From Marsupella aquatica (Eukaryota; Plantae; Marchantiophyta), in assembly GCA_973895155.1 (NCBI GenBank), contig OZ316895.1, positions 19,084,508 through 19,148,507 of the forward strand: DNA of 64,000 nt. Direction: 5' to 3'. Below, one piece after another: positions 39,335-49,899 of this stretch. Both the position numbers and the translations under genes were made by a program. The notes beneath the pieces were generated by a model. The model saw only the letters and a list, made by a program, of their open reading frames with translations. It was not told where the DNA came from and did not search any database. Position 1 is the first letter of the stretch. Each line of letters starts with the position of its first letter.

Positions 39335-39382
39335 TTCATTCTCAATGGTGACTTTGTGATAGTGGTAGCATTGAGAATGAAT

Positions 39383-42300
39383 CAAAAGTCAAAGTCAAAT
39401 TCTAAGCTCCACGACGACCCAATGAGTCAAGGGAGCTGTGGCAAAAAAGCCAAATACAAAGCAAAGAAATGAGTCAAATGCTCATGTGAGGATCTCTACA
39501 TCCTCACTAATAACAAACTAAGGACCCTAAGAGTCACTAATGTGTAATGCTATCACATCGTTTCTTATCCACTGCCATGATATACAGTCCAAGTTGCTTT
39601 GGTGGCAACCTAAATAGATCATGCAGATCAGAAACAAGGATTTGATGTGCTATTCGAACCTCCTCATACCGTCTACATGCTATGAATACATGATATTCAT
39701 TCTCAATGCTGCCACTATCACAAAGTCTACACACCCTATTCTGCCTCCTAATTCCCTTCCATCTACCCTCCTCTACCTCCAAGTGATGTGAGTTGAGTCT
39801 ATATCTAGCAATCACGTGTCTCAACCTCATAGAAATGGGAGCTCTAAGATACTCTTGTTCTTCATACAACATCATGGGGTTTACATCCCTCATAAAATAC
39901 TATAATCTAGGGCTAGGATCACTCCAAAGTTTTCTAATAGCTTTATCACGCAAGAGTGACCAAAGCTTCTTTGGTTGAGTATGCCATTCATGCTCAGATA
40001 AGTCCCATGATTGGGCCCAGCTACATACATCAGCATACCAACCAAAAGCTCTAGATATGTGAAAGGCTTGCGTAGGTAGCCTAGAATCATTCAACGCCTC
40101 CACTCTCCTAGCATATTGAAGAGTGTGATAGAGAGCTTCAACCTCCAATGGTAGAAGACCTACCTCAGCCAATAACAAGGGGTATGGGGTTTGGGTTTTC
40201 ACTCCAAGCTCCATCTCCAAGAAAAGCTTTTGGATGGCCTCTACCTTTTTCCAACAAGATTGAGAAGTAGAAGGGCCCCATACTTGCACCCCATAAAGAA
40301 TAACAGACCTTATCAAGGAATTGAAGAGTTGTTTCTTCAACTTCCAAGTGGAAAGGCTTGCTCCCTTGCACTTCTTAACCATGCTGTAGAAGGCCTTGTA
40401 ACCATGAGCCACCCTATGCATCACACATGTAGCCCAACTCATGCTTCGAGAAAACTCCACCCCAAGATACTTGTAAGAGGTCACCATCTCCACCTTTTCA
40501 CCTGCAAAATAGAGAGAAAGGTCTTGCTTTGTACCAAGTACAAGGCACTTGGTCTTCCTCATGTTGACCTGCATGCCTGATTGTTTGCAAAAATGCTCTA
40601 GGGCTAGAAGATGTTGTTGCAAATCAGATTGGGAGTGAGCTAGAAGCACCACATCATCTGCAAATATAAGAAGTTGGATGGCCAGTGTTCCCAACTGAGA
40701 ACCTACGCCTCCCATCTCCTCTAGCAAATCATGTAGCTAGTCAATGAAGACCCCAAAGAGCGTTGGAGATAGTGGGCAGCCTTGGATCACACCAAGTGTG
40801 CTAGGAACCTCCTCATAGCTACTACCAGAGAATCTAATCATTATCTTTTGATACAATAGTGCAATAGCTATTATCATCTCAAGAGGAACTTCGAGACTAA
40901 TCAACCGCTCCCAAAGCTTGTGTCTACAAACCCTATCAAATGCTTTGGAGAAGTCTACAAACAAGCAAAATAGAGGTAGCTTGAGTCTTTTAGCCCTCTC
41001 CTCTAACACTCTAAGGCAAAGCATGTGATCTAGAGTACTAAAACCTGCCCTAAAACCAGCTTGTGATGATGCTCTTTTCATGTGTTTTTCAACCCAAGAA
41101 CTAAGTCTAGCTTCTAGTAGTCCTCCTAAAACTTTAGCAAAGATACTAGCTATCATGATAGTCCTATAACTCACCTCATTCTTAGAGCCTCCCTTGTGAA
41201 TAGGTACCAATCTCCTTGTACTCCAATCTGGAGGTAAGCCACCTTGGACCACTTGATTCAAACATGCAGTGAGTGCTGATACCAAAGAAGATCCACCCCA
41301 TTGTAGGAGCTCCACTGTGAACCCTTGAAAATCTGCAGCCTTGCCCTTTTGCATTCTAGATAGTTGAGTTTGCACCTCTATATCTGAGAATTGAATAGCT
41401 TCCCCAATCTCCAAAGGCATGGAAGTAGCTTCGGGATAGAAGTAGACAGACTTCACATAGCTTACCAATGTTTGTTGCTCCAAGCAAGTATCTTCTTTTT
41501 TCACCTGAAATCTCTTCCAAAAGCCTTTAGGATTCTCTTGAAGTACTTGAGAAAGCACTTGTTGATGTTGCCTCATGAAGCATCTCTTCTTGTGCTTCGC
41601 AAAGTTACTATACATTCTCAATGCAAGTAACTTTACATCTTCAGGTTGTGCCATGGCCCTCCTTCTAGCTTCTACACACTCTGCATCAAACCATGCTTTC
41701 ATGGTTTGTTTTGTGGACAATGATCTTTTAGAGAATGCAGTAGTAGCTGCTTTTGCTATCAGTTGTGATAGTTCCAACACATTGGAATGTGTTGTTAATA
41801 GGGCCTCAATCTCCCCTCTAAATACATCAGCCTTATCATGATCCAGAAAGAGTCTAGAAATATGTTTTTTCCTTGTTATCCCCTCTCTAAAATTTGTGGC
41901 CAAATCTAGATGAAATAACAAGGGTAGATGTGAAAACTCTGGTTGTTGATCAAGTATTCTAAAATCAATCACTCTATTAGTTGAAGATGGTGATGCTAGG
42001 AGATAATCAATGGTGCTATATCCTTGGCTTGATCTAAATGTATAACCTGATGAATGAGGAAATCTTTCAAGCCCATATAATATTCTCAGATTACAAAAAG
42101 CTCCTAATTGTAGAAAATGGGGTGTCATATCATTTACCCTAGTATCTATAGCTTTTCTCAACCAAGATGAGTCTTCATTACATGATATCCAAGGCAATGC
42201 CCCCAAATCTCCACTTTCAATGAATTGTTGGTGAGACACTCTAGCATTAAAGTCTCCCACTATCCATGTCCCTCCTAGTACTGATACATCATGTATAACT

Positions 42301-42995
42301 TGAATCAAGTTATGGAATGGATATTGTGCATTAGCAATTCCCATCTTGTACACATTCATACTAAGTGGGGTAAAATAGGTGGCAATTAGAAATGATGGAA
42401 TTCCTCTAGTATGTAGTCTCACCACCATGAATTGCTTGCTTGGATCTGGGGTAAATACAAACAACAGGAAACAGCAAACAGTAACAGAAACTGGTAACAG
42501 GAAAATGAGTGGTAAGGTTTTTGAAATTTTTTTTTGGGATTTGTTTTTGGGAAAAAAAAGGTTTTTTTTTTCAAAATTTTATTTTTTTTGCTAGTGCCCA
42601 AAGCTAGCCAAAAAATGTTGTAACTTAGATTTTTTTGGAAAATGAAACTTTTTAAAAAATATTTTGACATGGTTATTTTTCCTGGTAACAGTAACTTTTT
42701 GCTGGTGACAGGAAAAAATTTCTTGGTACCAGTAAACCTGTTTCCTGTTTACTCTCACGCGTGCCATACCCCTTGGATCTTCATGCTCAATAGATGTCAT
42801 GTGTTGAAGATGGTTCTTGGTGTAGACTGCAATACCTCCAAACCCTCTTCCCCTTGTGGTGTTCTTTTTATTGAAGAGAGATCCAATGCAAGTAAAATCC
42901 TTGATGCTAGGTAGATCATTCTCCTCATATTGCCAAGTCTCCATGAAGAGCAAGATGTCAGCATTCTCAAACAAGGGTTCTCCTCCTATTGCTGA
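39383..42995 (-). mobile_element. Near full-length LINE family B copy, tail-to-tail with the plus copy
   Basis: ORF pieces 42591-43013, 40737-42464, 39900-40727 and 39537-39893 give APE-RT-zinc finger, broken by a MITE and two TAG stops. Confidence 0.93.
42448..42772. mobile_element. 325-bp non-autonomous DNA element inserted in the LINE endonuclease
   Basis: Termini ggggta...tacccc. TSD ttggatct at 42440-42447 and 42773-42780 (a 9-bp reading cttggatct is also possible). The empty site is visible in the plus-strand LINE copy at about 36110. Subterminal aacaggaaa/tttcctgtt repeats. Confidence 0.92.
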
Positions 42996-43244
42996 GTCTC
43001 CTATGTCAACCATTCATTGCACGATTGGATTGAAGAAGATGAAGAGGAGTTGGCTACCACACAAGCCAATGAGAGCTTACTGTCTGCACCTACTGAGTTA
43101 GCCCCTCAACCTGAGGTTGTCCAATGGCTAAGAGCTGCCCATGGACCATTGACTATTGCTCTACAGCAATGTGAGGGCCTACAAAGCCATGGCCAGCCCA
43201 TCTTCCCAGTCTTGTGCACACTAATCACTTGGACACCTCCTCAA

Positions 43245-44200
43245 GATGGCGTTACCTTGCTGGAGCTTTTTGGTGACATTTCTACAGGCCTAGAGAGGGT
43301 CTTGCAGTCTGGCATGATGGTGAAGAGGTACATGATCTATGTGGACATTGACCCATATGCAAGGAAGGTGGCCCAATCATGGATGCTGGAATTTTCAGCT
43401 AGGTTCCCACAACAGTTTCCACCTAGTGCATGGAAGGCAAGCTTCACTCTCTTTCCTCCTGATGTTCAGTTGCTACAATAGAAACACATTGAGCTACTTG
43501 GTTCCTTGGACCTCATCATTGCTGGCTGGGAATGCCAAGGCTTCTTTGTTGCAGGTTCTGGAGCTGGTTTGAGTGATCCCCGGTCAGCACTCTTCATGGA
43601 CCTGGTACAAATACTCAATTGGGCCCAGGCTCTTTACCCTGCTGTTGGTTATGTCATTGAGAACACACCCTCTCAATTTGACCAGCGAAAGAACATCCAA
43701 GAGGATTTTCTTCTAGTCCAACACTATCTTGGTCCACCGTTCTTAATTGATGCAGCCCAATGTGGGTCTTATGCGCATTGTTTGCGTAATTTCTGGACCA
43801 ATATTGCACCGGTTAGCTTACTACAATTGGCTCTAAAACATACGGTCAGGGACCCTACATTACAGGTGCACCAGATTTTGGATGCTAATAGCTCTTGTCA
43901 GCCCGTCACTCGACAAGAGAGAGTACCTTGGTACCTTGCTAACACCATTGGGGAGCCCAGAGGTGCTTGGCCTACCTTTGTTTTGTTTCCTAGTGCCTAT
44001 GCCTTCTAAGGGGATGGACCAGGGCTGGTCTACCGTCACGCTTTGGATACATGGGATGAGCCAAGCTTGGAGGAGCGAGAGCGAGCTATGGGTTTCCAAA
44101 CTGGAAATACTGGTCATGTTAAAGTGACTAGGCTAGAGTGGAATTCTCTTCTTGGCCAAGTCATGGATCTTAATGCTTTAACGTGGCTTTTGGTTACTTG
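43245..44200 (+). pseudogene. DNMT3-like C5-cytosine DNA methyltransferase domain within the gypsy pol (frame kept, two premature stops)
   Basis: Motifs in canonical order: I LLELFGDISTG, II YVDID, III PDV, IV DLIIAGWECQGF, VI YVIENT, VIII IDAAQCGSYAHCLRNFWTN (cf. DNMT3 IDA..VS.AHRARYFWGN), IX-X ERERAMGFQTGNT...LLGQVMDL (cf. EMERVFGFP..YT...LLGRSWSV). Confidence 0.88.
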
Positions 44201-44412
44201 TATTCTTTTCCAGATGCATAATGTTCCTACTATGGGTGACCCAGCCTCTCGCCTTAATGAAGTTCTTACCTGGCACCCTGCTGAAGTACATTTACCCATC
44301 CTCTCCACTCTACATTTCACTCCTAGTGTTGGGGGGGGAGACGTACTCTGTAATGTGACTGAAATTTCAAAATCAGAGCATGGCATGGACCAGATCACAC
44401 CAGGCAAAGAGG

Positions 44413-46165
44413 AAAGCTCTTGGTTGGAGAGTGAGATGAAAAGGGCACCTTCACAAGCAGGTTTTAGGAGAGAATTCAGCACTATGGATCACATTCTCTG
44501 CTTGAGGGTGTTGTGTGAAAAGGCCAAATCTCCACATAAACCATTATTTTGCTTGTTTGTGGACTTCTCCAAGGCCTTTGACAAAGTTTCCCGATCCAAG
44601 CTTTGGGATAGGATGGTGGAGTTGGAAGTGCCTGAAGAGCTCAGGTTGGCTGTTTCTAAATTGTACCAAGAAGTGCGCATCAAACTTTCAAAGGAAACCT
44701 CTGAAGAAATCTGGAGCACTCTTGGGGTGATCCAAGGTTGTCCTCTCTCACCAACTCTCTTTGGCATCTTCATTGATCAGCTACACAACATTTTGGAGGA
44801 ACATGGTGGAGTTGGCACTCAATTGGGTAGGTTTGTCCTCCAACTTCTTATATTTGCAGATGATGTGGTCCTACTTGCTCATGCTCAAGAAGCTTTGCAA
44901 AGACATCTCAATGCCTTGGAGGAGTTTTGTCAAGCAACAGGGATGGTAGTCAACCTCAAGAAGACCAAGTGTTTGGGCATTGGCACACGACAAAATCCAG
45001 AGCTCTACTTCCAAGGGAATCTGGTGGAATTTGTGAGGACCTACAAATACCTTGGGGTGGAGTTCTCTCAAAACTTGAGTTGGGCCTCATGTGTAAAATC
45101 TAGGGCTGCCAATGGGTACAGAGCTTTTTATACATTCATGAACAAATGCAAAAGAGCTGGTCTACACACTTGGAGGTTAAGGAAACATCTCTTTGGAGCT
45201 TTGGTGAAACCAGTCATTCTTTATGGAGCACCAATTTGGGGAGCAGGTGTGTCTAAATCTGGGTGGCAACAGATTGAGGGGCTGCAAAAGCTATTTCTTG
45301 AGATGGAGCTTGGGATCAAGTCACAAACCCCATATGCACTTACACTTGCAGAGGCAGGCTTGTTTCCTTTGGAGGTGGAGGCACTCTTCCACACACTCAA
45401 ATACATCATGCGTGTAAGAGAGTTGGAGGAAAACAGATTTCCTTTTCATGCCTTGCGCTCATCTTCAGCTAAAGGGTGGTATGCAGATGTGTGCAGGTGG
45501 GCCCATGCTTGGGATTTTCCTGAACATGAATGGCCAACACACCCAACCAAGCTAAGAGCAAAACTTGAGCAAAAGGCTTTGCACAAACTTTGGCATGAAC
45601 CTAGCCCACGGCAGCAATACTACATGAGAGATGTGAACCCCATGAAGAAATATCGAGAACAAGAATACTTATCTAGCACTATCTCAGTACAACTTAGACA
45701 ACTTATTGCTCAGTATAGACTAAGCTCACACCACCTTGAAGTAGAACAAGGGAGATGGAAGGATATTGACAGGAAAAAGAGGGTTTGTCAACTATGTGAT
45801 AGCTCTAGTATAGAGAATGAATATCATGTATTCATTGCTTGCAAGTTTTATGAGGGGGTTAGGATGGCATCTCAAATCTTGGTGAAAGATTTGTATGCAT
45901 TGTTTGGTCTGCCCCCTCAGCAACTTGGAAGATATATCTTTGCGGTGGATAGGGAAAGGAGAATAGGTTTGGAAAATCTTTCAGGGCTCTCTAGGTCCAT
46001 AGGGCTCTCTAGGTCCATAGTTTCTTTGAGGACATAGTTGTCCTCTTCTGAGCAATCTCTTTTGGTTGCTCTTTTCTTTGATTGCATTGTACTTTACTTT
46101 TTGTGGCAGCTCCTTTGACTTTCATGGTCCCGGAGCTTATAATACATTACCATTACCACATTACC
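44413..46165 (+). mobile_element. 5'-truncated LINE family A insertion with an open RT/C-terminal frame, inserted between the gypsy DNMT and RT
   Basis: Open frame SSWLESEMKRAPSQAGFRR...FVDFSKAFD...QGCPLSP...FADDVVLL...CQLCDSSSIENEYHVFIAC, stop at 46037, (cattac)n tail ending at about 46165. Confidence 0.93.
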
Positions 46166-49100
46166 AGATTCTTCTAGTACACCCTCTACGCCATGCGTTG
46201 CAAATTTCTAGTTTGTGATGGGTAATCAATCAGTTGAGTAAGAAGCAACGGGATCAGGTACTGAATTTGCTGTTGAGCTATGAAGATGTGTTTGCTTTCT
46301 CAATGAGAAACTTGGGCAAGTGCAAGGTGATGCAATTCTCCATTGAGCTGATTGATGTGAAACCTATTTATCGGTGGAGACACCGGTTGAGCAAGCATGA
46401 GTAGCAGCTGGTGGATGAGAGATGTAAAGAGCTTTATGAAGCAGGTCTGGTCTGATCCAGCCCTCCAACTCTGACTTTGCAGCGGCTACAGTGATGCCAG
46501 CGAAGAAAGATTCTAGTGGGGCTATGGACAGAGAAGAGGATGTGCAGAGACTACAGGCCACTCAATCTGGTCACACCTCAAGACAGGTACCCCATGCCTA
46601 TCGCTGAAGAGCTCTTTGACTCCATTGGAGATTTTGATATCTTTACCCTCGTAGACGTGAGGCAAGGCAAACCAGATCATTATTCGGGCTGAGGATCGTA
46701 AGAAGACAACTTTTCATGGGAGCAATTGATTGTGGGAATGGCTGGTGATGCCATTTGGACTGAAGAATGCACCTGTCTTCTTTCAACGGGTGATGGATCA
46801 AGTACTAGAAGGTGCTGATTTCCTAAAATGCTATATTGATGATGTGTTAGTTCATAGCAAGGGTTTTGAGCAACACTTATTACATCTTGAAGAGTTGTTC
46901 AGGAGGCTGAGAAATGTTAATATGAAGATCCATCCCAAGAAGTGTGAGTTTGCTGTTACCTCAATGGTTTACCTTGGGCATCGAATCATTCCAAATGGCA
47001 CTATGGCTCATTGGGCTAAAGTGGTGTCTATTCTTGAGATGCCCAAGCCTACTGATACTCACACTTTGCGAAGCTTCATTGGTCTATGTAATTACTACAG
47101 AATTTACATCCAGGACCTTAGCATCATTGCTCACCCATTGTACATGTTGCTTAAGAAGGATGTTACCTGGAAATGGATTGAAGACACTCAGGTGGCATTT
47201 GAAACTTTGAAGGGAAAGTTATCAAGTTACCCTGTTCTCAGAAGGCCTGATTTCAGCAAAACATTCATTTTGCATACAGATTGGAGTGCTCTAGGTATTG
47301 GTGCCATTATGGGTCAATCTGATGGGGACGGGGGGGGGGGGAGTATGTCATTGCTTATGCGTCTAGGAGCAATAACAAAGCTGAGAGAAACTACTCCTCT
47401 TATGAAGGCAAATGCTTGGCTGTTGTGTGGGCTGTCATACATTTCAGACCCTACCTGTATGGCACTAAGTTCATGCTCTTTACCGATCACCAGACACTGA
47501 AGTGGTTGATGACCAATGATAAGCTTACCGGCAAGCTAGCTCATTGGGCCCTCATTTTGCAAGAATATGAGTTTGAAGTTATTCATAGACCTGGAATTAC
47601 TCACCAGAATGTTGACACCATGTCTTGCAGTCCTTTGATCACTTCAACAGATTTTTCAGATGCACGGCAAGATTTTGATCATGCTAGTCCTAGCTCTACA
47701 CTTGGGGCCTCTGCCTATCTTGCCTTGCTTTGTTGCAGCGTTGTTGACCAACCAATTGTGGACATCTGGGAGGATTTTGACACTTTGAATTTCTTGCAGC
47801 ACAGGCAGTACCCACCAGGCATGACCACTACTCAAAGGGATCGGATACAACAACAGTCTAAGCGTTACATGTGGGAGGGAGATCACCTAGTCCGCTGTTT
47901 GCCACAAGGTGAGAAAGTGATTCCACCAATTGCTGATAGGGCTGGCTTGGTCAGAAAAGTACATTATGAACTTGGGCATTTTGGAATCAAGCGTACTTAT
48001 AGTTTAATGGCTCCTCACTACCATTGTAAGGGGACGCATGCTCAGATTCAGGATATCATAGCTAGGTGTGAATAGTGTGACAGAGTATGAACCTCATTCT
48101 CCTCTTGACAGCCTATACTTCATCCACTCCCTATTCAGGGATTGTTTTACCGCTGGTCTTTGTGATTGAGCTGGAGAATTGCCTTTGACATCTAGGGGTA
48201 ACCTCTATATAATGATCATGATTGAGCACTTTTCTAAGTGGATTGAATTGGTTGCCTTGCCTGATAAGAGTTCACATAGCACTAGCCAAGCTTTTCTCCA
48301 GCAAGTGCTTAGCAGGTTTGGGGCTTGTGCAGAGTGCCTCACTGACCAGGGCTCTGAATTTAGAATTTCAGGACCTACTTGACCATGCACTCATTGATCA
48401 TCGTAGAACTTCAAGGGATCATCCTCAAGCGGATGATCTAGCTGAGCGGATGGTACAGACCTGCAAACAAGGATTGCAGAAAATATGCCTCACCAAGAAC
48501 AAGAAAGATTGGGACTTGGTGGCCTTACATTGCCATGGGGTACCGCATGTCCAACCATGCCTCCTTGTCCAACTTCTCTCCTTATTTTCTACTTTTTGGT
48601 TGGCATCCAGTTCCTCCATCTTCTATTGCTTCTCAAATGCTTCAGGTGGTGGACTTGGACTCAACGGAAACCTGGTCTACTATCATATCAGAGAGGACTG
48701 CCTTGTTCCGTAGAGTCATGCCTATGGCTATGGACAACCTTGCAATTGCCCAACATCGTGATACACTCAGATATGCGCACCCACGGGGAGGGAGCTTCAG
48801 GCCCAAGGTGAGGCAGTTTGATGTGGGTGATTTTGTTACCTTCAGCACCAGCCTAGTGACACATTGGATACCTCCACCAGTCGCATTATTCTCATGGTTA
48901 AGTGCATCTATCCTTCAGGTGTGTTGGAGTTACAGGGAGCAGATGGTCGTACCCTCAAAGATCATGCTAAGAATTGTGCCCCTTGTCATTTGCCTAACTT
49001 GGACCCTACCATTGTGACTTCTACTTGGATTCCTCCAATGGATTATCCCTATAAGGTGTGTCACAGGATTGATGATGCTGACCAGATGTTGTTGTGTGAC

Positions 49101-49899
49101 CATTGCAACGGTGGTTACCATCTCTTTTGTTTGCGACCTGAACTTCCACAAGTTCCGGAAGGGCTATGGTTCTGTCCTTCTTGTTCTCCTTCACCAAGCT
49201 CATCCTCAGCCCGTTGACCATTTCTATGCTCAGGTCTGGGGGGGATACAGGGGTTTACTTTCATGCCCCAACATTTCTTCATCTTGGTGTTAATGGACAA
49301 CCATGTATCATCTTTCTGGTTTTCTATTTTGTTGTGTTACTTGGATGCATATGATACATGTCTCGATATCTTATGCTACCGACTCTATATGTCACGACAT
49401 TTGTAAGAAATTTTGACAATTGAGATTGCTTTTTCCCAATAAGCAATTGTGATTGGTGAAGGATCGGGAACGGCAAATGAGCCCAGGAAATTACAAGGAA
49501 TCGGCCCCTTTGCTCATCTGGCAGTGGATTGGGAGACGCCTGATTGTGGTTATCAGAGGAATGGTGGCGGCTCTGCCCCGTATTAGGGTGGTAGAGCTGC
49601 AGGGTAGGCAAATGGGGGAAGATCTGGCTTCATCGGCGGAAGATTGGGCTCTACAAATCATGGTTATAGGAATTTCTTGCATCAAGACGTTTGAACAGGC
49701 AGTATGAATCCTCAAAAACCATTTGACTTGTTTGACAAATCTGCGCAAACCCATGTACGTCCAAACAATGATGATTTTTCCTCCAGGAAGAACCCCTTAT
49801 GGGAAGATCGGATACACTATGAACAAAATTAAAATGCAGAGGATAATGGTGGCCATAATGAGGAGGTGGCATATAAACAGGGAAATGCAACAAAAGTGA

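Larger units (their letters stand above)
42996..49399 (+). mobile_element. Ty3/gypsy LTR retrotransposon pol (5'-truncated, decayed): C5-DNA methyltransferase - RT - RNase H - integrase - PHD finger
   Basis: RT: KRMCRDYRPLN, DRYPMP, VMPFGLKNAPVFFQRVMD, YIDDVLV. RNase H: TDWSALGIGA. Integrase: H..ELGHFG...C..C, IEHFSKW, TDQGSEF. PHD at about 49050-49185, followed by a G-rich tract at about 49240. The RT-RH-INT order is gypsy. Confidence 0.92.

Noticed and set aside
39895-43481. TAG/TAA stops repaired by U-to-C RNA editing
   Set aside because: Such editing is organellar. This is nuclear TE sequence, and C>T decay explains the stops.
43017-44200. Host DRM/DNMT3 gene
   Set aside because: No introns, premature stops, canonical rather than DRM-permuted motif order, and contiguity with gypsy RT. 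It is treated as a retrotransposon domain instead.
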